IMG/VR virus record: IMGVR_UViG_3300017782_000002 | Coordinates: 55,817-119,816 of that record | DNA: 64,000 nt | Strand: one strand, 5' to 3' | Source of the DNA: a virus | In this document: positions 48,161-57,320 of the stretch, in pieces | Position numbering within the stretch: position 1 is the first letter of the stretch | How the letters are laid out: each line of letters starts with the position of its first letter | Notes under the pieces: generated by a model | What the model was told of the DNA's origin: nothing | What the model saw: the letters and a program-made list of their open reading frames with translations, nothing else | Database searches by the model: none | Made by a program: the position numbers and the translations under genes

Positions 48161-48490
48161 ATGTCTGAAAAGAAAAAGGCTTATAAACCTTTACCTGAAT
48201 ACTTAGCTATTGGTCCTTCTGATATACATGGTGTTGGTATATTTGCTAAAGAGGACATCCCAAAAGGAGTTGACATGGGGATCACACATGTTTATGATTC
48301 TAATTTCCTACATGAGTATGTACGTACACCTTTAGGAGGTTTTGTTAATCATAATGAAAAGCCTAATTGTGAGCTTATAGAAGATGAGCAGGACATTGCA
48401 TATAAAAGAATTAGGACTACAGAAAGAATAGAGATGGGTAAAGAACTTACCCTTAAGTATTCTATGTATGATATTTGTAACTATCTATAG
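48161..48490 (+). CDS. SET-domain protein (lysine methyltransferase fold)
   Basis: SDIHGVGIFAKEDIPKG, GGFVNHNEKPNC and IEMGKELTLKY match SET motifs GxG, NHSxxPN and ELxxxY. Confidence 0.85.
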   Translation: MSEKKKAYKPLPEYLAIGPSDIHGVGIFAKEDIPKGVDMGITHVYDSNFLHEYVRTPLGGFVNHNEKPNCELIEDEQDIAYKRIRTTERIEMGKELTLKYSMYDICNYL

Positions 48491-48580
48491 GTAGTCTATA
48501 ATACAATCTTTCTATCCAACACATTAGCTTGGCCAAATTATTACTAGTTTATCTTTTAACATTTTCTTAATATTAAGTTA

Positions 48581-48650
48581 ACATAAGCAGGGGCTATATT
48601 GTTTATATTATTAATATGAAACGTATAGATATAACCCCTGTAATTTATGT
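48581..48650. terminator. Long imperfect stem-loop between convergent genes; possible bidirectional terminator
   Basis: ACATAA/TTATGT, CAGGGG/CCCCTG, TATAT/ATATA and GTTTATATTA/TAATATGAAAC form nested inverted repeats between the SET (+) and nrdJ (-) stops. Confidence 0.55.
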
Positions 48651-48682
48651 ATTGATTATGGTTGTTGTCTTTGCTTTAGGTA

Positions 48683-50542
48683 CTATGTAATTTCACAGCT
48701 ACCACCAGCACAAGCTAACTCACCTTTTAAATCAGTATTATCATCAAGTTCTACAACCTTTGACAAGTCAACAGATGTAAGAGCTTTTAGTAATTCTTGA
48801 TACTTATCTTTTGAAATATCTTCAAATGGAGCTTGTGTATATGTACCACCGTTGTATGGTAATACAGCTAGACCATTATAACAATCTCTATTATCCCACA
48901 TCCATTTACCTGCTTTATCCCATTCATCTTCTTTCAAAGATACTGTTGCAGATACGTTGTGACTATTAGATCCTGTTCTGTGTCCATTACTTACCCAACC
49001 ATCTGAAATTAATTTGATACGTTTTAATAAATCAAATGCTGATTCAGTTCTTACTATAGAACCTTTTGGTGCTGCTTGTGGTATTGAAATAACAGCAGTA
49101 TCATGCGGTCTAAAGTATTCATCTTCTACTAATTCCGGGTGATTGTTTACCAAATATGTATAGATAGATTCATTTTTACCTACACGTAGTCTACGGATAT
49201 AAAAATCATTATGCCATGCATGAATACCAGAAGAAGTACCAAGAGTTAAAGATGTTGTACCAGCAGGTTTAACACATGTAGTTCTTGCTGCTTTATTTAC
49301 ACCAATCTTTTTTGCTATTCTTGCGTTCTCTCTTTTAACTAGAGATGCTGCTTCACCCATGTCTAATTTTAAAACTTTTCCACTAGCTATACCAGTCATA
49401 GATACACCAATAAGAGCATCCTTTTCTGTAGTTTCTTGCCAAATTTGTCTTAAGTAATGGAAATTAGTATAGCCAGCTTGCAATGTACCTATGAATGCTG
49501 CACCCTTTACTCTTTTGTTTAACTCTTCTTGTGTGCTAACATCTGAAACATTTACTTCACAAAGATTACAAAACTGATATGGACGTAAAGCAATTTCACA
49601 ACATGGGTTAGTACCCCAGTCTTTATCATTGTTAAAATAAATACCAGGCTCACCAGATCCAGAAAGTTCAATACGCTTCCATACATCTGTAAAAAAGTCT
49701 TTAGTAATTTTATGTCTCATTAATACAGCAGAGTTATTAGCTCTACCTCTTTGTGGATTTTTTTCCCACCAGTCACCTGACTTGCAAGAAATCATTTCAT
49801 CATCATGAGCACTAAAAAGACTAATAAGAGCAGCACGTCTAATACCTCCAGCTAATACTGCATCAGCAATATAACAAACTATATCATGAACTTCTAAAGT
49901 ACTTAATTGATCTCCATCTTCTTTATTACTTAGTATACCTTCTACTTTAAGTAAGCATTCTTTAAGTGGTTGAGGACCAGGAGCTTTACCACCAGATGTT
50001 ACGAGCCTAGCACCCTTTGGTCTAATATCTGAAAAATCAAATATGATCTTAGAAGATCTACCATTTAAATATGATTTCATTAATAATTTAACTGCGTCAG
50101 CCCAACCTTCTATAGAGTCACCAATTAAATATCTTTTAGTTCTTTTTGTATAAGGTTTGTTTATAGGAGGCAGTTGAGCAACATGATGATTTTGAACAGA
50201 ATAACCAACGCCTGTTCCACCTAACAACAAAAACATACACTCACTAAATGAATCAACATGATCTATAGGCATATAAGCACAATTGTATATTCTATTAGGA
50301 GCAATTTCAATTGGTTTACCACCAAATTGCATTGATCTCATTGATGGTAATATCTGTTTATCATAAACCATCTTATATACTTCTTCTATTTCATCTTTAA
50401 TGTGCGGGTATGACTTTAAGTGCATGTCCTTGTTTCTTGTAACTAATTCTTCCCATGTTTCTCTTCTGTTCAATTCTGGAAGATATTTAGCATATTTCAT
50501 ATGGACAGTAATATCACTTAGAATCTTGTTGTTTAATTCCAT
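48683..50542 (-). CDS. nrdJ: Class II (adenosylcobalamin-dependent) ribonucleotide reductase
   Basis: YNCAY, GGTGVG, TNPCCEI, FCNLCE, VKPAGT and C-terminal ACAGGSCEI. The true start is likely MELNNK at 50542, after an A-rich RBS, rather than 50653. Confidence 0.92.
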   Translation of the reverse strand: MELNNKILSDITVHMKYAKYLPELNRRETWEELVTRNKDMHLKSYPHIKDEIEEVYKMVYDKQILPSMRSMQFGGKPIEIAPNRIYNCAYMPIDHVDSFSECMFLLLGGTGVGYSVQNHHVAQLPPINKPYTKRTKRYLIGDSIEGWADAVKLLMKSYLNGRSSKIIFDFSDIRPKGARLVTSGGKAPGPQPLKECLLKVEGILSNKEDGDQLSTLEVHDIVCYIADAVLAGGIRRAALISLFSAHDDEMISCKSGDWWEKNPQRGRANNSAVLMRHKITKDFFTDVWKRIELSGSGEPGIYFNNDKDWGTNPCCEIALRPYQFCNLCEVNVSDVSTQEELNKRVKGAAFIGTLQAGYTNFHYLRQIWQETTEKDALIGVSMTGIASGKVLKLDMGEAASLVKRENARIAKKIGVNKAARTTCVKPAGTTSLTLGTSSGIHAWHNDFYIRRLRVGKNESIYTYLVNNHPELVEDEYFRPHDTAVISIPQAAPKGSIVRTESAFDLLKRIKLISDGWVSNGHRTGSNSHNVSATVSLKEDEWDKAGKWMWDNRDCYNGLAVLPYNGGTYTQAPFEDISKDKYQELLKALTSVDLSKVVELDDNTDLKGELACAGGSCEIT

Positions 50543-50615
50543 TCTTTTAATTTTTAGTAAGGTTAATAATTGTGTAGTAAAACAAGATACTAAATTATCT
50601 TGAATTTGGCACGTG

Positions 50616-50648
50616 CAAATATACAAAAGTGAAAACAAAAAATCCAAA
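50616..50648 (-). promoter_or_regulatory. Canonical Bacteroidota promoter TTTG-N21-TATATTTG driving nrdJ
   Basis: On the minus strand: TTTG (50648-50645), 21-nt spacer, TATATTTG (50623-50616), about 74 nt upstream of the nrdJ ATG. Confidence 0.7.
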
Positions 50649-50823
50649 TTCAAACATGTAAGCTTGTCTTTCTTTTTTTTCTTTTAAAAAGAACCCATTA
50701 AACAATGTGTTTTCTAAATTAACCACGCTATAACAAAAGCCAATATTAATATTATTCCTTGAAATAATATGCAATTCAAAATTATGTTTTTTCATATGAT
50801 ATTGTTTTTTGTTAATGTAATTT

Positions 50824-50835
50824 TTTGTATATTAT
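50824..50835 (+). promoter_or_regulatory. Putative phage late promoter, TTTGTATATTAT
   Basis: Exact copy of the 1303 motif, at the start of the next + strand operon and divergent from nrdJ. Confidence 0.55.
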
Positions 50836-50877
50836 ATATAGATAGAGTAACGGCAAAAGTAATAAAAAACATTCAAT

Positions 50878-51162
50878 ATGAAAACTCAACTAAATAAAAT
50901 GACTAATATAGTCATACCTTTTGGTCAAACAGGGGCCATCACAAATAAAATATATAACGAACAGTTTAGGACATTTTCTGTGTACAACAATTCAGGAAAC
51001 TGCACAGTAAAAATAAGAGAGAATGGAAATGTTATGACTATACCAGTAGGAGTAACTGTAAACTTTGATGCTGCAACAGAAGGTAATAATACAATAAACA
51101 AATTCCCAACACAGGCTTTTGAGGTAAATGCAACTGACTGTGTAGTAGTAGGAACAATTTAA
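50878..51162 (+). CDS. Small beta-rich hypothetical structural protein
   Basis: 94-aa ORF with an A-rich RBS, upstream of the fibre-like gene. Confidence 0.5.
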   Translation: MKTQLNKMTNIVIPFGQTGAITNKIYNEQFRTFSVYNNSGNCTVKIRENGNVMTIPVGVTVNFDAATEGNNTINKFPTQAFEVNATDCVVVGTI

Positions 51163-51174
51163 AAAATATAAAAC

Positions 51175-54100
51175 ATGTCTAGAAATTCAACCCATATAAA
51201 TTGTAATCAAGTTGCAGGAACAGTTAACCAAGGTATTTGGAAAAACGATTGTGATCCTTGTGCAACATCACCTTTTGCTATTAACAATATTACTGTTTGG
51301 CATAGGTTTAACTTTGGTGTAAATAATCACGCTACTCCTGCTGACATATTAGCTAACGTTGCTAATGCTGCTACTATATCACAATGGGATGATCAAATAG
51401 GCTCAAATGATGCTGAACAACAAACATTAGCTGATGCACCAACATGGTATTCTACAGATACTTCTCATAAAGTTACAGCAGGTAATCATTTTGATTTATC
51501 TTCTGCTATCACTTATGGTGCAGCTGCAGACTTTACAGTTTTACTTGCTTATGTGCCGTTAATAAATACAACTCCTTCAGGTCAAAAATTATGGGATCAA
51601 GCTGGTGGACAAAACTATCTTAAGTGGGATAGCCCTACTCAACTTACATTTAGATTAGCAGGACTTAATCATGTAGTAACAGGACCGGCTATACAATTAA
51701 CTGACTACACAAACTTTGTAGTTAGAAGATGTACAAACATGTGTCAAATATTTATAGCAGGTGTTCCATGGGGAGCTGCTTTCTTAGCAGCAGGTGCTTT
51801 AACAATAGAAAGATTAGGACCAGACGCTAATGGTTACATTGCTGCGCACATGCAATTTGACAGATGTTTAACTGATAAAGAAATATGGTGTCTTGATTGT
51901 TATAACAGTAATCAAAGTGATGAAGAAAATCCTGTAACATGTAATATAGGTGATTTTAAACTAGCTTGTAATGGTGATACAAACGGATCATTAACAGCAA
52001 CTATGTTTAATGCAACAGGAACTGTAACTTACTTATGGTCTCCTGGTGGACAAACAACACAAACAATAACTGGTCAAGGAGCAGGTACTTATACTTGTAC
52101 TCTTACTGACTCAGCATCTCCAGCAAATGTTTGTACAGCAAGCGGAGTTGTTACTGAACCAGTAGCTTTAGCATGTACAGTAACTGGAGTTAATCCTCAG
52201 TATATACTTAATAGTGCTGGCCAACAAATTTTAACAACAGGTAGTGTTTCAGCAGTAGCTACTGGAGGATATGGTGCAGGATGTACATTAACTTATGCAT
52301 GGACTAGAAACGGTAGTGCTATATCAAATGCAAATGGTGGAATGGCAGCTCCAGGTAATGTTGCATCATTTAATGTAACAGAAAATGGAGTTTATGCAGT
52401 AACTATAACAGATTGTTATGGTTGTACTACAACGTGTAATGTTACTATAACAATTCCTAACCCACCTAGTACTTTAGATATAGAATGTTGTTACGAAGCT
52501 GCAGGCTGTACAGATGAAGATATTAAATGGGCAATTATGTTAGACTCTACTGCAACTTTCCCTTGTACTATAACTGCATCTGGTTCTACATCAGGAACGG
52601 CTTCTTGGTCTCCTGTAACAATTTCTTCTTTACCTTCATCAACTTCAATAGACGGTTCTCAGTATGATATGTTCTCTTGTGAATCTAGCGGCCCTTGGGC
52701 TTATGGAAGTAATGCACAAAAGCTTTCTCCAGGTGAAACTTGGACGCTTACTGTAACTGACAGTTCTTCTCCAGCAAGGAGTCAAAGCTGTTCAGTTAAT
52801 ATAGTTAATCCTCCTGCTCTTACTTTAACATCATCAGTTACACAACCAACAATGTGTGAACATGGTGGATCTGTTTCTGACGGTGATATTACTTTTAATG
52901 GATCAGGTGGTAACCCAAATTGTAATCCGTGGACTTACTCAATAACTGGACCAAACAGTTTTTCAACTACTAATAACTATGTATTAAATGCAGCTCCAGG
53001 TACATACACTTTAACAGTGACAGATGCTTGTGGTTGTTCAGCAACACAAAATGTAACGCTGACTTGTCCAATAACAGCAGACATGACTGTAACTAATACA
53101 GATGTAAGCTGTAGACCAGTTCAAAGTGAATTAAACCCTAACCCACAAATACCTTGTGATGCAACGGCTACATTTACTGCAAACCCAACTTCAGTAACTG
53201 GATATACATTTGAAGCAATCCTTATGGATCCATCAGGTGTAGTTATATATAACTCAGGACAACTAGCAACTTTTAATGCTGCAACGGTTACTGGTTTATG
53301 TATTGGTAATTATACTTGGACTTATTTTGCTACTAACACAACTTCTGGTTTAACATATCAGGTAGACAGTGGATCGTTTACAGTTGCAGCTCCTCCCGCA
53401 TTAAGCGCAACAACAGTTGCTAACTTTATTCACTGCTTTGGAGGATCAACAGGAACAATTGATTTAACACCAAGCGGAGGAACACCTGGTTATACTTATT
53501 TATGGACAGCAGGAGCAACTGGAACAGTGCCTGCAGGTCAATCTACAAATCAAGACTTAACAGGTTTAGTATACGGAATATATTTCTGTACTATTACAGA
53601 TGCTAACGGATGTACTTTAACTATATCACAAAGTGTAAATGGATCAACTTGTCCTTTAACAATATATGGTATAGTACCAGAAATACCATGTCCTGGTCAA
53701 ACTACTAGTATTAAACAATTGTATATAACTTGTGGAACAGGTCCTTATACTTACGCATGGGTTGCTTCTAACGGTGGATCTTTAGGATCAAACTCATCAA
53801 CAGCAGATCAGTTAGTTGGCATAGGGGCAGGTACCTATACAGTTACTGTTACTGATGATAACGGTTGTACTGGAACTCAATCATGGACAGTAGTAGCACC
53901 TTCAGCAATATCTGGATCTATTACAGGAACAAACGTTGGCTGTAAAGGAGAAAGATCTGGAGCAGCACAATTTGACCAGTGGGCAGATCAACAATTTAGT
54001 GGAGCTAGTTACTTATGGACAACAGATGCAGGTTTTACAACACCTAACCCGTACGGACCATCTACCAACTCTTACATTAGTTCAGTACCAGCAGGAACAT

Positions 54101-55113
54101 ACTATTTACAAGTAACATTATCAAACGGATGTATTTGGACAGGTAGTATTGTAATAACAGAGCCTGGTACAGGAATGTCACTTAGTGCTGTTATAACAGA
54201 TGAGAATCAGTGTACTGATTGTTGTGGAGCAATAGACTTAACAGTTACAGGAGGGTCAGCACCTTACACTTTCCAATGGGATGATCCAGCTGCATCAACA
54301 ACCGAGGATTTATCGTGTGTTTCTGCAGGTGTGTATACAGTAATTGTTACAGATAATGCAGGATGTACTGCAACTGCTACATATACTGTAGGCGTAACCT
54401 ACTATCAGTTAACAATAGGTGTTGCATACGATAATACTACAGGTCAATTTACCACAACAGTTGGTGGAGGTAATCCTCCATACTACTACCAGTGGACTAA
54501 AAATGGAAATCCTTTCTCTTACGCACAAGATCCTTTTAGTGCAGGAAATGGTTACTACTGTGTAACTGTAACAGATTCAGTAGGATGTACTGGAACTACT
54601 TGTTACGATTTATCTAGAGAACCAAGAGGAGAAACAAGTTTTAACTGTCAAACTTACTCACCAACATTAGGTACAACATCATACGGATGTGTATCTGTAG
54701 CAGGAACAGGAGGTACTTACAGCACGCTTGCAGCTTGTCAAGCAGCATGTGAAGTTGAAAGACCTACTAGATATAGATGTCAAGAAGGAACTGGTTGTGT
54801 ATCACACCCTGGTGGAACATATACATCATTATCTGCATGTAATGCTGTCTGCGGTGCTTCTGGACAAAACGATATTAACTATGTTTGTGAAATCTTATGT
54901 AATGATAATGCATCAGGAGAAAGATATAAAACAACTGACGGAAGAGTTGATGTTGACGAAAGAGGTAATCCAGTTAGAGAAGACGCTGGAACTCCAGGTG
55001 GTAAATGTAGAGAAGAAAATTCTGAAACAGACTCTTCTTTAACTAAATACACAAGTTTTGAGCTTTGTAAAGCAGCTTGTCCTTGGTGTAAGGAAGGTAC
55101 TTATAAATACTAA
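51175..55113 (+). CDS. SprB-repeat adhesin-like/fibre protein with an N-terminal LamG-like domain
   Basis: Repeats of [ST]GG[TS]xPYT[YF]xW...GxYx(V/C)T(V/I)TDxxGC at ~51950-54600; C-terminal C-x-GC-GGxYxSLxAC repeats; no signal peptide or T9SS CTD visible. Confidence 0.75.
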   Translation: MSRNSTHINCNQVAGTVNQGIWKNDCDPCATSPFAINNITVWHRFNFGVNNHATPADILANVANAATISQWDDQIGSNDAEQQTLADAPTWYSTDTSHKVTAGNHFDLSSAITYGAAADFTVLLAYVPLINTTPSGQKLWDQAGGQNYLKWDSPTQLTFRLAGLNHVVTGPAIQLTDYTNFVVRRCTNMCQIFIAGVPWGAAFLAAGALTIERLGPDANGYIAAHMQFDRCLTDKEIWCLDCYNSNQSDEENPVTCNIGDFKLACNGDTNGSLTATMFNATGTVTYLWSPGGQTTQTITGQGAGTYTCTLTDSASPANVCTASGVVTEPVALACTVTGVNPQYILNSAGQQILTTGSVSAVATGGYGAGCTLTYAWTRNGSAISNANGGMAAPGNVASFNVTENGVYAVTITDCYGCTTTCNVTITIPNPPSTLDIECCYEAAGCTDEDIKWAIMLDSTATFPCTITASGSTSGTASWSPVTISSLPSSTSIDGSQYDMFSCESSGPWAYGSNAQKLSPGETWTLTVTDSSSPARSQSCSVNIVNPPALTLTSSVTQPTMCEHGGSVSDGDITFNGSGGNPNCNPWTYSITGPNSFSTTNNYVLNAAPGTYTLTVTDACGCSATQNVTLTCPITADMTVTNTDVSCRPVQSELNPNPQIPCDATATFTANPTSVTGYTFEAILMDPSGVVIYNSGQLATFNAATVTGLCIGNYTWTYFATNTTSGLTYQVDSGSFTVAAPPALSATTVANFIHCFGGSTGTIDLTPSGGTPGYTYLWTAGATGTVPAGQSTNQDLTGLVYGIYFCTITDANGCTLTISQSVNGSTCPLTIYGIVPEIPCPGQTTSIKQLYITCGTGPYTYAWVASNGGSLGSNSSTADQLVGIGAGTYTVTVTDDNGCTGTQSWTVVAPSAISGSITGTNVGCKGERSGAAQFDQWADQQFSGASYLWTTDAGFTTPNPYGPSTNSYISSVPAGTYYLQVTLSNGCIWTGSIVITEPGTGMSLSAVITDENQCTDCCGAIDLTVTGGSAPYTFQWDDPAASTTEDLSCVSAGVYTVIVTDNAGCTATATYTVGVTYYQLTIGVAYDNTTGQFTTTVGGGNPPYYYQWTKNGNPFSYAQDPFSAGNGYYCVTVTDSVGCTGTTCYDLSREPRGETSFNCQTYSPTLGTTSYGCVSVAGTGGTYSTLAACQAACEVERPTRYRCQEGTGCVSHPGGTYTSLSACNAVCGASGQNDINYVCEILCNDNASGERYKTTDGRVDVDERGNPVREDAGTPGGKCREENSETDSSLTKYTSFELCKAACPWCKEGTYKY

Positions 55114-55131
55114 TATTGAATATAGGAAACT

Positions 55132-55428
55132 ATGGAAAAAGATATTAACCAAGAATTCATGCTTATGAAGTTAAAGATTGAGACGTTAGAGGAGAAGATA
55201 GATCACGTCAATGCAAAGTTGGGCGTCATAACAGAACATTTGCTGAATCCAGATCAAGGGTTTGTATCTAGAGTAAATAGAAATACTCAATTTAGAGAAG
55301 ACATAGGGCCTCTAGTAAAAGACATGTATGAAATAAGAAGATGGAAAAGTCAGGTGTCTAGAGTTCTTTGGATTATTGCAACAGGTATTATACTTGGACT
55401 AGTGGGATTATTATTTATGTTAAAATAA
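55132..55428 (+). CDS. Holin-like membrane protein (coiled coil plus C-terminal TM helix)
   Basis: C-terminal VLWIIATGIILGLVGLLFML; lies near the endolysin gene. Confidence 0.5.
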   Translation: MEKDINQEFMLMKLKIETLEEKIDHVNAKLGVITEHLLNPDQGFVSRVNRNTQFREDIGPLVKDMYEIRRWKSQVSRVLWIIATGIILGLVGLLFMLK

Positions 55429-55433
55429 GTAGC

Positions 55434-55967
55434 ATGGCGTGTTTAAGATTCAAAGAAATACAAACATATGCAGGCAGACTTTCTAAAACTATCTTAACAG
55501 GAGGTACTTCAGAAAGAACTCTACAAATTTTTGACTGCCCAAACAACAGAATTGCAAGAATTGTAAGATCTCACAACTTAGGTTTAGATTTATGGTATAC
55601 TATAGAAAGTGCTGATGGAGCGCAAACTAATTTGCCTGCAAGAACTTGGCATAACGGTCAAGAGTATGTAACAAGTAGTAGCTTTCAAACATCCGGCTCA
55701 GCAATTGTTATGGGTACAGGAGTACCTGCTGCAGGAACTCCTAATGCAATTGGTAATTTTGATGATGCTTGGGCAGCAGATGCTGGTTATGGTTATTCAG
55801 GTAGGGGTCTAGACTTAAGTGGTACATGGTTAGAAGGAGGAGATAAGATATGGGTTCATGATACATTTGATCATGAAGGTGCTACAGGTGTACCAACACA
55901 TCACCCTGCAGGATACCTTATATGTTTAGAAATATTTGATGTAGTAAATAGTGGTTGTCCAATTTAA
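55434..55967 (+). CDS. Hypothetical protein
   Basis: Start MACLRF at 55434 is preferred because it avoids overlap with the upstream gene. Confidence 0.5.
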   Translation: MACLRFKEIQTYAGRLSKTILTGGTSERTLQIFDCPNNRIARIVRSHNLGLDLWYTIESADGAQTNLPARTWHNGQEYVTSSSFQTSGSAIVMGTGVPAAGTPNAIGNFDDAWAADAGYGYSGRGLDLSGTWLEGGDKIWVHDTFDHEGATGVPTHHPAGYLICLEIFDVVNSGCPI

Positions 55968-55976
55968 AAATAGATT

Positions 55977-56450
55977 ATGAAAAAGATTAGTGAACACATT
56001 AGTTACAAAGAAGCAATAACAAGTGCTACAGCTTTGAGAAGAGGTTTAGATAATACTCCTGGTCCTGAGCAATTAAAATGCATGCAAGAAATTGGTAGAG
56101 ATCTTTTTGAACCTCTTAGAGAGTGGGTTGAAGGTCCTATAAAAATAACTAGTATGTTTAGGGGAGAGCCTGTAAATACAGCTATAGGAGGTTCTAAAAA
56201 TTCACAGCATATGAAAGGTCAAGCTTTAGATTTGGATGATACATTTGGGTATAAAACAAATGCAGAGATGTATCACTATATAAAAGATAATTTAATATTT
56301 GATCAACTAATATGGGAGTTTGGAGATGATAATAATCCTAATTGGATACATGTAAGTTATGTAACTCATAGACCTAATAGAAAGAAGTGTACAGTTGCAC
56401 TAAAGAAAAACGGAAAGACAGTATATGAACATAGACCTATAGAGAAATAA
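55977..56450 (+). CDS. Peptidase M15-family endolysin
   Basis: ITSMFRGEPVNTAIGGSKNSQHMKGQALDL and WIHVS match the M15 Zn-binding SxH-x6-D and HxS motifs. Confidence 0.88.
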   Translation: MKKISEHISYKEAITSATALRRGLDNTPGPEQLKCMQEIGRDLFEPLREWVEGPIKITSMFRGEPVNTAIGGSKNSQHMKGQALDLDDTFGYKTNAEMYHYIKDNLIFDQLIWEFGDDNNPNWIHVSYVTHRPNRKKCTVALKKNGKTVYEHRPIEK

Positions 56451-56734
56451 TGGCAAAGGAATTAAACGAAGACACTAGCTTTAAAATAAGTCTTAAAACA
56501 CTAGCAGGAATAGCGGTTTTAATTTTTACTATAGTGGGTATGTGGTTTGCACTTCAAGCTGATATAGAAGAAGCAAAGCAATTACCAGAACCACCACCAG
56601 CTCCAGTATCAAGAATGGAATTTGATATGAAAGATAAAAACATAAGATTGTCAATTGAAAACACAGAAAAAGCTGTTGATGAAATGAAAGTTGACCTAAG
56701 AAGAATGGAAGATAAAATAGATAAATTAAGATAA
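56450..56734 (+). CDS. Single-TM coiled-coil protein (holin/spanin-like)
   Basis: TM segment LAGIAVLIFTIVGMWFAL, Pro-rich linker, then a coiled coil; TAATG-coupled to the endolysin. Confidence 0.5.
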   Translation: MAKELNEDTSFKISLKTLAGIAVLIFTIVGMWFALQADIEEAKQLPEPPPAPVSRMEFDMKDKNIRLSIENTEKAVDEMKVDLRRMEDKIDKLR

Positions 56735-56756
56735 TAACTAATAAAGACTAAAAATT

Positions 56757-56828
56757 ATGACTAAATGTGCATGCGGTAAAACAAAAGCTGAGGACGGTTC
56801 ATGTGACGGTTCACACAAAGAATGCTAG
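56757..56828 (+). CDS. 23-aa CDGSH-type iron-sulfur motif peptide (not in the ORF track)
   Basis: Translates to MTKCACGKTKAEDGSCDGSHKEC*; preceded by CTAAAAATT; fills the gap between neighbouring genes. Confidence 0.7.
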   Translation: MTKCACGKTKAEDGSCDGSHKEC

Positions 56829-56830
56829 AA

Positions 56831-56968
56831 ATGGCAAAAAAAAGAAAACTAAATAGTAAGAACCCTAAGTATATGGATCAGTCTCAGTTGAATGAGAAAC
56901 CCATAAAGAAAAAAGTATTGTATACTGAAATTAAAGGGGTTAAAGTTTATGGAATTTGGTATGAATAA
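56831..56968 (+). CDS. 45-aa basic hypothetical protein (not in the ORF track)
   Basis: MAKKRKLNSKNPKYMDQSQLNEKPIKKKVLYTEIKGVKVYGIWYE*; its stop overlaps the next start. Confidence 0.55.
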   Translation: MAKKRKLNSKNPKYMDQSQLNEKPIKKKVLYTEIKGVKVYGIWYE

Positions 56969-57320
56969 AATTAGTATAGCTTGGAAAATATTTATTGGAT
57001 ATATTCTGATATTAATATTTATGGTTGTTAGCTCAGAAGCTACAGGTCAAATTGTAGTTACACATTTTAATGCTGAGTGGAATGATCCAAACAAAGTTTC
57101 TTACATTGGTAAGCTAACAGATTGTGAGATAGTATATGTTGATATAGCTAAATCACCTAAACTACAAACTAAACATGAAATAGTAGTTGTACCTACTGTT
57201 ATTGTATTTAAAGACGGTGAAGAGATGAAAAGATTTCAAGCTGATATATCATTTAGTATGAAAGCAACTAGAAAAGATATGCAAGAAATAATTGATGAAT
57301 TAATAATGAGTGATTTTTAA
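56961..57320 (+). CDS. Exported thioredoxin-fold protein lacking CxxC
   Basis: Signal-like N-terminus ending SEATG-Q; HFNAEWN where thioredoxin has xFxAxWCxxC; cis-Pro-type VVPTVIVFKDGEE. Start 56961 preferred. Confidence 0.7.
   Translation: MNKISIAWKIFIGYILILIFMVVSSEATGQIVVTHFNAEWNDPNKVSYIGKLTDCEIVYVDIAKSPKLQTKHEIVVVPTVIVFKDGEEMKRFQADISFSMKATRKDMQEIIDELIMSDF

Noticed and set aside
50543-50653. 37-aa N-terminal extension of nrdJ in the ORF track
   Set aside because: It overlaps the predicted promoter; the MELNNK start at 50542 has the A-rich RBS.
50543-50877. Possible cobalamin riboswitch upstream of the B12-dependent RNR
   Set aside because: The region is very AT-rich, with no recognisable B12-box or conserved stems, and the predicted leader is only about 70 nt.
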